A DNA stretch of 64,000 nucleotides from Promethearchaeati archaeon SRVP18_Atabeyarchaeia-1 (lineage in GTDB: Archaea; Asgardarchaeota; Atabeyarchaeia; Atabeyarchaeales; Atabeyarchaeaceae): the NCBI GenBank assembly GCA_037308085.1, contig CP147779.1, positions 2,304,001 to 2,368,000 on the forward strand, in the 5' to 3' direction. Every line of letters begins with the position of its first letter. Position 1 is the stretch's first letter. The translations under genes and the position numbers were made by a program. Positions 1-9,954 of this stretch are shown in pieces. The notes beneath the pieces are model-generated. The model was given only the letters and a program-made list of their open reading frames with translations, did not search any database and was not told where the DNA came from.

Positions 1-315
1 CTCCGCTGAGGTCGTTAGTAGATAGAGTTCTTTTACTCCAACCAGTTCAGCGTTCTCTGTGAGCTCATGAACAAGCGCTTTACCGTAGCCTTTTCCACGA
101 ATCGACTCCTCGACTACCACCGAGCGAAGGAGACCCACGTTCCCGTATACCTCCAATCCACCTATTCCTATAACCTTGGAATGAGCGTATGCAACAAACA
201 TTGAACCAGCTTTCTGGGAGATATCTTCGAACGGCAGATTGCTGGATTTGAGTAGCTCCTTAATCATAGGAAGATCCAGCCCAGTCGCCTGCCTTAGCCT
301 TATTTCAACGCTCAT
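1..315 (-). CDS. GNAT family N-acetyltransferase (ArsN2/ArgA-like), 3' end outside window
   Basis: Translated by hand from ATG at 315: MSVEIRLRQAT...GLLRSVVVEESIRGKGYGKALV...ELYLLTTSAE, with the acetyl-CoA binding R-GxG-G motif. Not in the ORF track because it runs off the window edge. Confidence 0.85.
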   Translation of the reverse strand, partial: MSVEIRLRQATGLDLPMIKELLKSSNLPFEDISQKAGSMFVAYAHSKVIGIGGLEVYGNVGLLRSVVVEESIRGKGYGKALVHELTENAELVGVKELYLLTTSAE

Positions 316-512
316 ACCTTGCACGCTCCTTCCGCCAAGATGCCTACGGTGAGAACTTGGACGCAATAGTGTGATCATGGTAGATAAGGGATTTGCTCAA
401 CAAAGTGAGTGCGGGTCACTTGGGAACAACAATATCCAACGGTAAGCATGTACTGGGAGACAGAACCCTAAAATACACCTTCTCTAGTGCCTATAATGCT
501 AGAGGAGATCCC

Positions 513-950
513 ATGAAAGCAGAAAAGATGACGGAAACAGAGCTACTCAAGAAATACTTCATGCACGGAATATTCTTCTCGGTTCTAATGGACGTCATAG
601 CAATCGGATGGGTTGTCCTCCTGGTCTTTCTAGTAGGCTTTGGCTTCTATATCGGTTTGACAATAGGGTTAGCCTTGCTCTTCATCTTCATGGGTGCAGT
701 AAACGCCTTCGTAACAAGCAACGTCTGGAATGTCCGTATGCACGCAAACTGGGGATCAGACCTTGTGCATGGCTTCTTTCTTTTCCTCGTATTGTTCGTC
801 ATATCTCTGCCAGCTACAGCCATAGGCAATTTCCTCTTGCCATCCACCAACCCCGCTTCAGTGTTTGTCAAATTCGCTGTTCAGACGATAATTCTGGCAT
901 TTGTCTACGGCTTTGCGGCCAAGGCAGTGGCCGGCACTTGGATCGAATAA
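513..950 (+). CDS. Hypothetical multi-pass membrane protein
   Basis: About four hydrophobic segments. ATG at 513 follows GGAG, so it is preferred over the ORF-track start at 393. Confidence 0.7.
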   Translation: MKAEKMTETELLKKYFMHGIFFSVLMDVIAIGWVVLLVFLVGFGFYIGLTIGLALLFIFMGAVNAFVTSNVWNVRMHANWGSDLVHGFFLFLVLFVISLPATAIGNFLLPSTNPASVFVKFAVQTIILAFVYGFAAKAVAGTWIE

Positions 951-1198
951 GGCAATGCCCCGTTCTCGTACCAGGGGCGTAAGCTGCAGACTAGACCCCT
1001 TAGAGCGACAGATCCCCCCAGACAGGAAGGTTGAGTAAGAAAGAAGACAGTTAATCTTAGTCCCAGCATGTAATTGTGCCAGTTTATTGTCTCTATTGAG
1101 GCACTCGGTTTAGGCAATCCGATGAGCCAGCATGGCAACAGGGCCATGGAGAAACTCCCAGCGCTGGGCATGGCGCGTCTATTCGGAGACCCCACTTT

Positions 1199-2896
1199 TC
1201 AGATTATCTCCGGTGCCCTGTACTCTCCATAGACCTCCCTGAGGGCGTCGCATATTTCTCCATTTGTTGCGCACTTTCTTACCGCTTCAATGATTGCAGG
1301 CATTAGATTTTCGTTGCCCTGCGCCAGTTCCCGTATCTTCTCGAGGGCCTTTTTAGCCTCTTCGTTGTGTCGTTTGGCTTTGAAAGCTTTTAGTCTCTTC
1401 TTCTGTCGTTCCTCCACTTCAGGCTTGACGCGGAGCACCTCCCACGAGAGTTCTTCCTCGATTGCATACTCATTCACGCCGACAATAATGCGGCCCTTGC
1501 TCTCAACTTCCTTCTGGAACCTGTATGCGCTGCTGAGGATCTCCTTCTGCGGATATCCCCTCTCGATGGCCGGAATCATTCCACCCATGTCGTCGATCTT
1601 CTTCATGTAGTCCATTGCCTGACTCTCAATTTCGTTTGTCAAGCTTTCGATGTAGAATGATCCTGCCAGTGGATCAATGGTATTTGTGACTCCGCCTTCG
1701 CTAGCAATTATCTGCTGTGTTCTCAGAGCTATTCTGACTGCTTTTTCAGATGGCAATGCGAGGGCTTCGTCCATAGAGTTGGTATGCAGCGATTGTGTCC
1801 CTCCGAGAACGGATGCCAGCGCTTGAAGTGTTACGCGAACTATGTTGTTCTCCGGTTGCTGCGCCGTGAGGGTCACACCACCCGTCTGTGTGTGGAATCG
1901 GAGCATCATTGACTCGGGGTTCTGTGCCTTAAACCTCTCTTTCATGATCTTAGCCCAAAGCCTTCTCGCGGCTCGGAACTTCGCGACCTCCTCAAGGAGG
2001 TCCATGTGTGATGCGAAGAAGAATGATAATCTCGGCGCGAAAGTGTCAACTTTCAGACCTCGTGATGTGGCGGCATCGACGTAGGCTATTCCATCCGCCA
2101 AGGTGAATGCAACTTCCTGAACCGCTGTCGCGCCAGCTTCGCGAATATGGTAGCCGCTGATGCTTATGGTATTCCATTTTGGCACGTGCTTGAAGCAGTA
2201 ATCAACTATGTCTATTGCGAGTCTCATGGAAGGCTTAGGCGGGAAAATATACGTTCCCCTTGCGATATATTCCTTGAGGACATCGTTCTGAACTGTTCCT
2301 TGAAGAACAGATTCGTCTGCGCCCTGTTTCTCAGCCGTAACTATGTAGAGGGCAAGGATCACGGGAGCCGAGGAATTGATGGTCATGGATGTGCTGACTT
2401 TGCTCAGAGGAATTCCATTGAAAAGGGTCTCCATATCCTCGATGCTGTTTATGGATACGCCTACCTTGCCTACCTCACCGTACGAGAGTTCGTGATCCGA
2501 GTCGTAACCTATCTGGGTTGGAAGGTCAAAAGCCACGCTAAGCCCTGTCTGCCCTTCCTTCAGCAGGTATTTGAATCGCTGGTTTGTCTCCTCAGCCGAC
2601 CCGAAGCCGGCGTATTGCCGCATAGTCCAAAAGCGGCCCCTATACATTGTTGGGTAAACACCTCGGGTTGCCGGGAATTCTCCGGGAAACCCAAGTTCAT
2701 GTATGTAATCGGTGCTCCCGACATCCGAGAGAGTATACAGCCTCTTGACGGGTATGTTCGAGGATGATAGGAACTCTTTCTTGCGCTCAGGCGCTTTCTT
2801 CGTGTACTTTGAGAGGGTTGTCTGCTCCCACTTCTTCCGAGCCGCTTCAGTCTCATCGACTTTCTTCTCGTCGTACAAGTGCATTGTTCCCTCCAA
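1199..2896 (-). CDS. mcmA1: Methylmalonyl-CoA mutase, large (substrate-binding) subunit
   Basis: [51 protein letters not shown] and QSLHTN motifs. Tyr in RQYAG and Arg in ARGT favour methylmalonyl-CoA over isobutyryl-CoA specificity. Confidence 0.92.
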   Translation of the reverse strand: MEGTMHLYDEKKVDETEAARKKWEQTTLSKYTKKAPERKKEFLSSSNIPVKRLYTLSDVGSTDYIHELGFPGEFPATRGVYPTMYRGRFWTMRQYAGFGSAEETNQRFKYLLKEGQTGLSVAFDLPTQIGYDSDHELSYGEVGKVGVSINSIEDMETLFNGIPLSKVSTSMTINSSAPVILALYIVTAEKQGADESVLQGTVQNDVLKEYIARGTYIFPPKPSMRLAIDIVDYCFKHVPKWNTISISGYHIREAGATAVQEVAFTLADGIAYVDAATSRGLKVDTFAPRLSFFFASHMDLLEEVAKFRAARRLWAKIMKERFKAQNPESMMLRFHTQTGGVTLTAQQPENNIVRVTLQALASVLGGTQSLHTNSMDEALALPSEKAVRIALRTQQIIASEGGVTNTIDPLAGSFYIESLTNEIESQAMDYMKKIDDMGGMIPAIERGYPQKEILSSAYRFQKEVESKGRIIVGVNEYAIEEELSWEVLRVKPEVEERQKKRLKAFKAKRHNEEAKKALEKIRELAQGNENLMPAIIEAVRKCATNGEICDALREVYGEYRAPEII

Positions 2897-2903
2897 GAGA
2901 CTG

Positions 2904-3320
2904 CTATTCTCCTTTCCTGATCCTTTTCCTTAGGTACTCAACGAGGGTGCTCGTTGGTGTCCCTGGCCCAAACACCTCGTCGACGCCCATCTTCTTCAGC
3001 TCTGGGATGTCACTCTTGGGTATGATCCCTCCTCCCCATACCAGCATGTCTCCAGCGCCCTCCTTTCTCAGGAGCTCTATGACCTTCTTGAAGTAGTGTT
3101 TGTGGGTGCCGGAGAGTATGCTTAACCCTATAGCGTCAACGTCTTCTTGAACCGCGGATTTGACGATCTTCTCTGGTGTCTGCCTTATTCCAGTGTAGAT
3201 GACCTCCATTCCCGCGTCTCTGAGAGCGAGGGACACAACCTTGGCTCCCCGATCGTGACCATCCAAACCGGGTTTTGCTATCAGGACTCTAATCTTTGCC
3301 TTATTTGCGCTTTCGGCCAT
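2904..3320 (-). CDS. mcmA2: Methylmalonyl-CoA mutase cobalamin-binding subunit
   Basis: [10 protein letters not shown] (DxHxxG) base-off motif, SILSG and GGIIP; lies directly upstream of the large subunit. Confidence 0.93.
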   Translation of the reverse strand: MAESANKAKIRVLIAKPGLDGHDRGAKVVSLALRDAGMEVIYTGIRQTPEKIVKSAVQEDVDAIGLSILSGTHKHYFKKVIELLRKEGAGDMLVWGGGIIPKSDIPELKKMGVDEVFGPGTPTSTLVEYLRKRIRKGE

Positions 3321-3469
3321 GCTGATCAGCCTCAACGACAATCATGATCCTATCTTCGCTTCAACTTGCATATCTGAATTTTGGTGGACCAAAGATTTTC
3401 TGGGGAGATGCCGTTGATTTGCCCAGACTCATAAGAGGCAGGCGCTTTGTTTGCAGGGCTAGACTCCCT

Positions 3470-4768
3470 TCAATGACCCAAGTCACCCAATGAGAGTAGC
3501 GGTTCTCCTATTCCCTCTTGATTCTGCCTCTCTTTCTCTATTGCCTTGCGCAGGTTTGTATTCCCGCCATAGTTGAAGATGCCGAGTAATTTGATTGCGT
3601 TCCGATACTCTTCCTCGGCCTGTTTATCATTTCCCGAGAGTCTCATTAGTCGGGCAATGTTTATGTAGCTCATTATATTGTCCCTGAACAGGAGTATTGA
3701 ATTCCTGAACCTCTCAAGCGCGTTCTCTTTGTTTCCCAGATTGAACTCCTTTCCCCCCTGGCAGAAAAGGCGATCTGACAGTCTCTTTAGAACTTCCTCC
3801 GAAAATGATCCTGCCTCTTCTTCTCCAGCAGCTTCTCTGCTCTGCGTAGATTCTCCGGAAAGAGTATCGAGGATAGATTTTCCTTTTGATGAAATGGCTT
3901 TGTATAGTGCCTGTTTCCCCATATCGCGGACGAGTCTGAATGTCTCTTTCTGTTTTCCTGGCATCACTGGCATTGTTTTGAATACTCTGACCATTTTCCC
4001 TGTGAAGCCGGCCTTTTCGATTTCAGTGAAGACTTCGTGCAAGTTGGGGAACCTTTGCAATAGTCCGATGAGACAGAGCGCAACTCGGGGGCTGTAAACT
4101 CCGAGTTCGACTGCAACTTCTGCTGCCTCTATTTCTGTAATATCCCCAAGACTATTGTGTTCGACCATCTTGGAGGTCAAGAAGTCGATCGAATTCTCTA
4201 AATCGAGTGTCTCATTCTCGTTTGAGACGTCGATGGCGCACTCCCTATTAAGATTCTTTCTGAAAGATGCCATAAACTGAAGTGGCCAATATCGCTCTGG
4301 TTTAATAGAAGTGACTCTAAGAGTGGGTCGGTTCTTTTCCACCGTGAATGATTCTTGTCTGATGTTTTCAAAGCCGGTTTTTCTCAAGAGGTCTACAATC
4401 AGGTTTCTCGGAAAGCAAAAAATGTGCCTCATGCCAATAGAGCCCAGTCCGTATATCCACACTAGGAGATCGCTCTTGTCTTTCTCGCCGGCTTTGGTGA
4501 AAAGCCTAAAGGCGGCTTCAATGTCAGGAGTTTCTACTAGGAGGCAGCCGCTTGGCTTCAGAACTCTGAACCATTCGCTTAGCGCGTAAATCGACTTGGC
4601 GAATCCCAGATGCTCGATTACTTGGCATGCATCAATTCTTTCGACACTATTGTCCTGGTACCTGAGGTCTGCTGCGTCCTGTATCTCGTCAGCAACGATG
4701 TCGTCGTATGCATCCACATTGACGTAGCCCTTCTTGTATACCCTGCCACAGCCCAAGTTGATTCTCAT
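3470..4768 (-). CDS. Class I SAM-dependent methyltransferase with C-terminal TPR-like helices
   Basis: N-terminal INLGCG SAM motif, VIEHL and RVLKPSG; C-terminal helical TPR-like pair. Confidence 0.75.
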   Translation of the reverse strand: MRINLGCGRVYKKGYVNVDAYDDIVADEIQDAADLRYQDNSVERIDACQVIEHLGFAKSIYALSEWFRVLKPSGCLLVETPDIEAAFRLFTKAGEKDKSDLLVWIYGLGSIGMRHIFCFPRNLIVDLLRKTGFENIRQESFTVEKNRPTLRVTSIKPERYWPLQFMASFRKNLNRECAIDVSNENETLDLENSIDFLTSKMVEHNSLGDITEIEAAEVAVELGVYSPRVALCLIGLLQRFPNLHEVFTEIEKAGFTGKMVRVFKTMPVMPGKQKETFRLVRDMGKQALYKAISSKGKSILDTLSGESTQSREAAGEEEAGSFSEEVLKRLSDRLFCQGGKEFNLGNKENALERFRNSILLFRDNIMSYINIARLMRLSGNDKQAEEEYRNAIKLLGIFNYGGNTNLRKAIEKERQNQEGIGEPLLSLGDLGH

Positions 4769-4783
4769 GGATCAAGCTATGTC

Positions 4784-5140
4784 TCAGGAACGAAATATCC
4801 TTTTCTTCAAGTCTCTCTTGGTCGTAACACTGTACATCGGCTGTACTCCTCCAGGGGGAATGGGGTGACCGTAAAGGCCAGATGGTTGTGTAGGGGGATT
4901 GCCAGTCAGAAGGAAGAGAAATAGCGCCGCGATGAAGATCTCGACGGGGAAGAAGATGTACCAGTACTTCGTGACCAGAAGCTTCACGCCTGAAGAAGTT
5001 CCTCTCCTGTAAAGCCTTTCAACGTCATTCTTGTCAAGTCCTATAAGGCTGCCCGCAGCATAGATATCAGAAAGATCCGGTTTCTCGGGAGCCGCGTTTT
5101 CCTTCAGCAACTCCTTCATAACTCGCGCATATACACCCAT
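4784..5140 (-). CDS. Small single-TM protein, paralog of 5198-5548; candidate radical-SAM substrate
   Basis: Shares EKPDxxxIxAAGSLxGLDKxDxxR and a C-terminal Y-x6-DLKK with its neighbour; Pro-rich tail containing GLYG and QPMYS. Confidence 0.75.
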   Translation of the reverse strand: MGVYARVMKELLKENAAPEKPDLSDIYAAGSLIGLDKNDVERLYRRGTSSGVKLLVTKYWYIFFPVEIFIAALFLFLLTGNPPTQPSGLYGHPIPPGGVQPMYSVTTKRDLKKRIFRS

Positions 5141-5197
5141 TTAGTACCCTCACCTGCTGATTGTTCATACGGATTCGCTTCGCCCTCTTAGCAACTA

Positions 5198-5548
5198 TCA
5201 AGTTAAGAGAGATTTCTTCTTGAGGTCTGCTCTGCTAATAACATTGTACCTTGCGCCAGAGGGGTATACCTGAGACGGATTAGATGGAGGGCTTCCAGAT
5301 AACGCGTACGCAAGCAAAATAGCGAGGGCGGCTACGACGATTATGATCGGCAGGAAAATCCACGGTCGCTTGGCAAGAACGGTTCTCACCCTCGAAGAAG
5401 CAGGTCCCCGGTGGATTCTGGCTATGTCTTCCTTGTCTAGACCTAGTAGGCTCCCAGCGGCACTGATTTCTGCAATGTCGGGTTTTTCAATTGGCTTGGA
5501 ACCCGAAAGGATTTCCCCTAAAATGTGCTTGCTGCTGTTCAAACTCAA
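5198..5548 (-). CDS. Small single-TM protein, paralog of 4784-5140; candidate radical-SAM substrate
   Basis: Same layout of conserved N-terminal segment, TM helix and Pro/Tyr tail; TTG start after GAGG. Confidence 0.75.
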   Translation of the reverse strand: MSLNSSKHILGEILSGSKPIEKPDIAEISAAGSLLGLDKEDIARIHRGPASSRVRTVLAKRPWIFLPIIIVVAALAILLAYALSGSPPSNPSQVYPSGARYNVISRADLKKKSLLT

Positions 5549-5581
5549 CCCTCCTCAAACCTAATTGCGGTCAGACCGTAT

Positions 5582-6625
5582 TTAGCCCTTTCTCATGTCC
5601 GACTCTATCCTATAGTAACAGTAGGCATTCTCCCTTCTCTTTGCAGTATTGTACGCCACTGAGAGGCAGCCTCCCCTGCAGATCGCTGCATGGGGACATG
5701 TGCGACAGAAACCAGACAGGGAGGATTCTTTGAACCGCCGGTTGTAGGCGAAGGAATCTGCGTCATTCCAGAGGTTGACAAGTCCCCGCTCCCTGACATT
5801 CCCCTCGATGAAGTCGTCAGGCAATGCGAGGCAGCCCTTTACATTTCCGTTGCTTTGAATGCCTAAGTTTGTGATTCCTGCCTGGCAGCCATTCCAGTCG
5901 CCGACTCCTCGGAATGGTATCACGCTCGAGTAGTAGCCAGAGTCGTGAGCGCCTGCCACTGGCATATCTTTTAAGCTATGCTTCTTTCTCAGCGATGCCA
6001 TGAACAAGCCGACAGAGTAGAATTCCAGTGGGGACAACATGTACTCCTCGCTGAATCTGCCAAAAGGTGATGCCATTTGAATCTGCCAGACAATATCCTT
6101 TTTCAGTATCATGTGCCCGATCTCGGGAAGTTCCCTGAAGTTGAGTTTGTGTACTGCCGTGATAATACTCACTGGTAGCTTCTTGTCCTTTAGTAAGCTA
6201 AGGGCTTTGACAGATTTTGTGAATGATCCCTTCGCACTCCGTATGTGGTCGTGTGTGCCCGGGTTTGAGCCATCAATGCTTATTCCTACTGCGTCCGGTT
6301 CGAGCTTTGATATTTGAGTCGCCATTCTCTCATCGATCATAAGTCCATTCGAGACGATTGAGAGGCTCATCCGCAGCCGCTTAACCTCTTCAGCAATTTC
6401 AAACCAGTCGTCTCGAAGGAAAACCTCTCCGCCAATTAACGCGACTCCTCCACAACCGATCTTCTTAAGGTCGCTACACAGCCTTATCGATTCCTCCGTC
6501 GTCAGTTCATCTGGTCTCGCTTTTCCAGCGGAGGAACCGCAGTGGAGGCATCTCATGTTACACTTCAGGGTTACCTCCCAGACTGCACAAGCAGGAGCGT
6601 ACACGTTCCCTCTCTCCATCTTCAT
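5582..6625 (-). CDS. Radical SAM/SPASM domain peptide or protein maturase
   Basis: VWEVTLKCNMRCLHCGS (CxxxCxxC), GGE, CQAG...G.VKGC and SPASM CxxCxxxxxCxxxC...C. Start probably at Met 6625 or 6619. Confidence 0.9.
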   Translation of the reverse strand: MKMERGNVYAPACAVWEVTLKCNMRCLHCGSSAGKARPDELTTEESIRLCSDLKKIGCGGVALIGGEVFLRDDWFEIAEEVKRLRMSLSIVSNGLMIDERMATQISKLEPDAVGISIDGSNPGTHDHIRSAKGSFTKSVKALSLLKDKKLPVSIITAVHKLNFRELPEIGHMILKKDIVWQIQMASPFGRFSEEYMLSPLEFYSVGLFMASLRKKHSLKDMPVAGAHDSGYYSSVIPFRGVGDWNGCQAGITNLGIQSNGNVKGCLALPDDFIEGNVRERGLVNLWNDADSFAYNRRFKESSLSGFCRTCPHAAICRGGCLSVAYNTAKRRENAYCYYRIESDMRKG

Positions 6626-6789
6626 GAATCTGAAACAAGCAGACGGTACCTTATCTCCTTTTTGGGGAACAGAGATCTGAGCGACTCTGTCTCTTACTTG
6701 GAGAAAGAGATATAGATAGATATTTGTCGTGTACGTGAGCATATCTATACTGGCGTTCCGGATTGTGGGATCTCGAGGTGACGGGTTGA

Positions 6790-7233
6790 ATGTTGTGGGT
6801 CACTAGGAAGCAGCCTCATGTCGATCGGTGCGCCTCAGCATGGCTCATCAGAAGGTGGATCGATAAGGAGGCGGAGTTCGAGTTCATCTCAAGGGATGAG
6901 CCAATACCGAAGGGCTCGATCGCTTTTACGCTGCCGAAGGCCGAGATTAAGCCAGTCGAGGGCAAGACGACGACGTTCGACGCTCTGGCGAAGAGATACG
7001 GCGTTCAGGATGCGGTTGCCCTGAAGGTGGGCACCTTCATACACGATTTCGAAGTAGACGCCGAGGAGAACCCGAGTAGAGTCAGGTTTAAGGAGACCCT
7101 CGGGCTATGCTACGTACTTAAAGGTCTAGAGAAGGTATCCAGAACCGATCATGAAACGATCGAGAAAGCAATGGCCGTTGTAGATGCTTTCTTCGCTTCA
7201 TTGAAAGAGGCACTGTCATCTGAATCCCCGTGA
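6790..7233 (+). CDS. Chromate resistance protein ChrB-like domain
   Basis: WVTR..PHVDRCASAWLIRRWID.EAEFEF motif. Confidence 0.8.
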   Translation: MLWVTRKQPHVDRCASAWLIRRWIDKEAEFEFISRDEPIPKGSIAFTLPKAEIKPVEGKTTTFDALAKRYGVQDAVALKVGTFIHDFEVDAEENPSRVRFKETLGLCYVLKGLEKVSRTDHETIEKAMAVVDAFFASLKEALSSESP

Positions 7234-7242
7234 ACTTGGTGA

Positions 7243-7869
7243 GTGGATTTGATACTTGGCATATGTGGAAGCCCCAGGAAAAAGGCAACGGACTATGTCC
7301 TCAGGGAAACTCTCAAGATGGTTGAAGCGGCGGGTCACGAAACGGAGTTCTTTGGAGTTCTGGGCAGGAATATGTCGCCTTGCCTGCACTGCGACTACTG
7401 CCTTAAGAATAAGAAATGCAAAGTCGAGGACGACATGCAACATCTCTATCCTCTCCTGAGAACCGCCCAGGGAATTATCATCGCAACTCCAGTCTACATG
7501 GGAGGAGTCAGCGCGCAGACGAAGATTGCTATGGACAGATGCAGAGCGCTATTTGCCGCGGACAGAGACGTTCTCAGAGGGAAGGTTGGCATGGCGATTG
7601 CTGTGGGTGGTGATCGTGTGGGAGGACAAGAGTTGGCAATACAGCAGATAATGACATTCTACATTATCAATGGGGTGACTCCTATAAGCGGAGGCTCTTT
7701 TGGAGCCAACCTCGGTGCGACATTTTGGTCGAAAGACACGCTCGACGGAGTCAAGGAAGATGAGGAGGGTTTTAGAACTCTGAAGAAGACAGTTAAGAAA
7801 TTCACAAGTGCACTGAGCGAACCAAGCGCAAGGAAGGATGCCGCAGTTCGGACAATCCCTTCAACTTGA
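7243..7869 (+). CDS. Iron-sulfur flavoprotein (flavodoxin-like, Isf family)
   Basis: GSPRK, CxxCxxCx5C cluster motif, DDM, ATPVY. Confidence 0.88.
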   Translation: MDLILGICGSPRKKATDYVLRETLKMVEAAGHETEFFGVLGRNMSPCLHCDYCLKNKKCKVEDDMQHLYPLLRTAQGIIIATPVYMGGVSAQTKIAMDRCRALFAADRDVLRGKVGMAIAVGGDRVGGQELAIQQIMTFYIINGVTPISGGSFGANLGATFWSKDTLDGVKEDEEGFRTLKKTVKKFTSALSEPSARKDAAVRTIPST

Positions 7870-7882
7870 GGTGAGATTAGGA

Positions 7883-8461
7883 GTGAATGAGGGGAAGAAA
7901 CGCATGGATAGGAGAAAGGTGGCTTGGGGCATCACGGGGAGCGGGGAGAAACTACCTGAGACCGTGAATGTCATGAAGGTGGTCAAGCAGGAGTTCGAGG
8001 ACAGAGTTGATCTGCGAGTCTACGCGTCAAAAGCTGGTGATCAGGTTCTTAAGTACTATAAGTTGACTCAATACGTGGAGGGCAACTTCGGGAGAGTCTG
8101 GGTCGAGATCAACTCTAACTCGCCTTTTCTCGCCGGGCAGCTGCAGTCGGGCAAGTTCGAGTTTCTGGTGATCGCTCCCACGACCTCTAACACCGTGGCG
8201 AAGATTGCAGTGGGATTGGGGGACAGCATGCTCTCCAACTCAGCCATCATGAGCCTCAAAGCCTCGGTTCCTGTCTACTTGATGCCTTCGGATCAGTTAG
8301 AAGGGACTTTGAGTACTATACTCCCCAGCGGAAAAAGCCTACTACTGAAGATAAGAAAGGAAGATGCGGATAACGTTAGAAAACTGGCGGCAATGGAAAG
8401 CATGCACATACTTGAGAAGCCCGAAGACATTCTGCATGTCTTTAGAAGACACTTTGGCTGA
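7883..8461 (+). CDS. afpA: Archaeal flavoprotein AfpA family (HFCD flavoprotein)
   Basis: KVAWGITGSG, NSPFLAGQLQ.G, APTTSNTVAKIA. GTG at 7883 after GAGGTGA, or ATG at 7904. Confidence 0.8.
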   Translation: MNEGKKRMDRRKVAWGITGSGEKLPETVNVMKVVKQEFEDRVDLRVYASKAGDQVLKYYKLTQYVEGNFGRVWVEINSNSPFLAGQLQSGKFEFLVIAPTTSNTVAKIAVGLGDSMLSNSAIMSLKASVPVYLMPSDQLEGTLSTILPSGKSLLLKIRKEDADNVRKLAAMESMHILEKPEDILHVFRRHFG

Positions 8462-8479
8462 TGGGTGAACCGTTGGACG

Positions 8480-9181
8480 CTAATTGGTTTTCCGCTTCAG
8501 CTTCTCTTTGGTCAGTCTTCTATTGTCCTCAGCCAGTTTGAATGCGGGATCCATCTTCAGCGCGTTGTCATAGCACCGTATTGCCTCACTGAGATCACCG
8601 AGTTCGTCAAAGGCAACACCCATATTGTACCAAGCGTTGCTGTCTTGAGGCTCTATTTTGAGGGATTCATAGAGACTACTCGTTGCCTCTTTGAACCTGC
8701 CTAGCTTGTTGAGGAGCAGACCCCTGTCACGCCAGGCGTCGGCATTCTTTGGCTGCATTCTAGTCGCTTGGTCTAAACTTTCCATCGCTTGATCATACCA
8801 GCCAAGGCTAAACAGGGCACTGCCTTTGCCGTACAATGCTTTATCGTCTTTCGGGTTTGCTTTGAGCATGTGGTCGTAACACTCTAGTGCTTCGTTGAAG
8901 GAGCCACGCATAGCAAAGGCGACACCTTTGTTGTACCATGCGTCCTTGTTTTCCGGTTCTATTCTCAGCACTTGGTTGAAGCTGGCTATGGCTTCTTTCG
9001 TCATGCCAAGCTTCATGAGAGCAAGGCCTCTATGGTGCCAAGTGGTCGCGTCCACCGCCCTCAATTTGAGAGATCTGTCGAAGCATTCCAAGGCTTCTTT
9101 GAACCTGCCGAGTTTGCTGAACTCTATGCCATTCTTAAGCCACTCGGTAGCCTCTTTCTCCTGTCTGGACGATTCTGGCAA
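8480..9181 (-). CDS. Tetratricopeptide repeat protein
   Basis: About six 34-aa repeats (AWYNKG...EAL.C.D); TTG start at 9181 after GGAGG. Confidence 0.88.
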   Translation of the reverse strand: MPESSRQEKEATEWLKNGIEFSKLGRFKEALECFDRSLKLRAVDATTWHHRGLALMKLGMTKEAIASFNQVLRIEPENKDAWYNKGVAFAMRGSFNEALECYDHMLKANPKDDKALYGKGSALFSLGWYDQAMESLDQATRMQPKNADAWRDRGLLLNKLGRFKEATSSLYESLKIEPQDSNAWYNMGVAFDELGDLSEAIRCYDNALKMDPAFKLAEDNRRLTKEKLKRKTN

Positions 9182-9272
9182 GAATGCGCCTCCTGTAATT
9201 CGAGATCTTGTTGGGGTTCGCACTATCTCTGTATTGATGCCGTCGGCGAAGAGAATATTAATTAGTAGAGAA

Positions 9273-9800
9273 TCAGTCCTTAGTCTTGCGGGCTTTCTTA
9301 ATGCCTTCCCCCTGGTACCTTCCATTGTAGGCTGAACTCGCTTCCATCGCGTCTGTGACGACAAATTGGAACCAGCGCTCATTTTCCGCAATTCTCAGTT
9401 CCTTTATCGGTATGTAGACCGTCTGCACTCCGATGCCTTCGTAGCCGGGGTCGAAGACCGCCGTCTCAGACTTTATGACTCCAAGCCGGTTCAATGTGCT
9501 TCTCGGAAAGGAGAGCCCTATTGCATTGATCGGTATCCTGACGGCAACGTTGAGGCGAGCCTCATATACGCCTCGTTTGAGTGAGTACAACCCGTTCTGC
9601 GGCTTGCATGAGATTTTCGGCATATCCAGTTCTCTGCGCTCACCATCAAGTGTGGCGGTAGCATTGTCTTCTATTCGATCAACATTTGAGACCCCAATGT
9701 CGACTCCACAAGGGTTTATCTTTATTCCTTGCAGGCGATCCCTGTTCGCCTCTACCACCTTCAGAACCTCTTTGTAGATCCTTTGACCTGACCAGAACAT
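9273..9800 (-). CDS. dut: Archaeal-type trimeric dUTPase / dCTP deaminase family
   Basis: GVD, PRSTLNR, DPGYEG and YNGRYQG motifs. Confidence 0.8.
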   Translation of the reverse strand: MFWSGQRIYKEVLKVVEANRDRLQGIKINPCGVDIGVSNVDRIEDNATATLDGERRELDMPKISCKPQNGLYSLKRGVYEARLNVAVRIPINAIGLSFPRSTLNRLGVIKSETAVFDPGYEGIGVQTVYIPIKELRIAENERWFQFVVTDAMEASSAYNGRYQGEGIKKARKTKD

Positions 9801-9954
9801 TTGTAAGCATCTCCGTAGTATTCGCGGAAACTTTTCTGGGATATGTATTAACTTGATTACAGATAAATCCTTAGAAGGTATACTTTAATATGCCAAATAT
9901 AATCTATGGAGCGTAGATAAGACTCAGCATCATGAAGCTGGGGGTGCGGACTAA

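Noticed and set aside
5582-6625. Radical SAM as the activase for the glycyl radical enzyme
   Set aside because: It has a SPASM domain, lacks GRE-activase motifs, and lies 38 kb away in its own operon.
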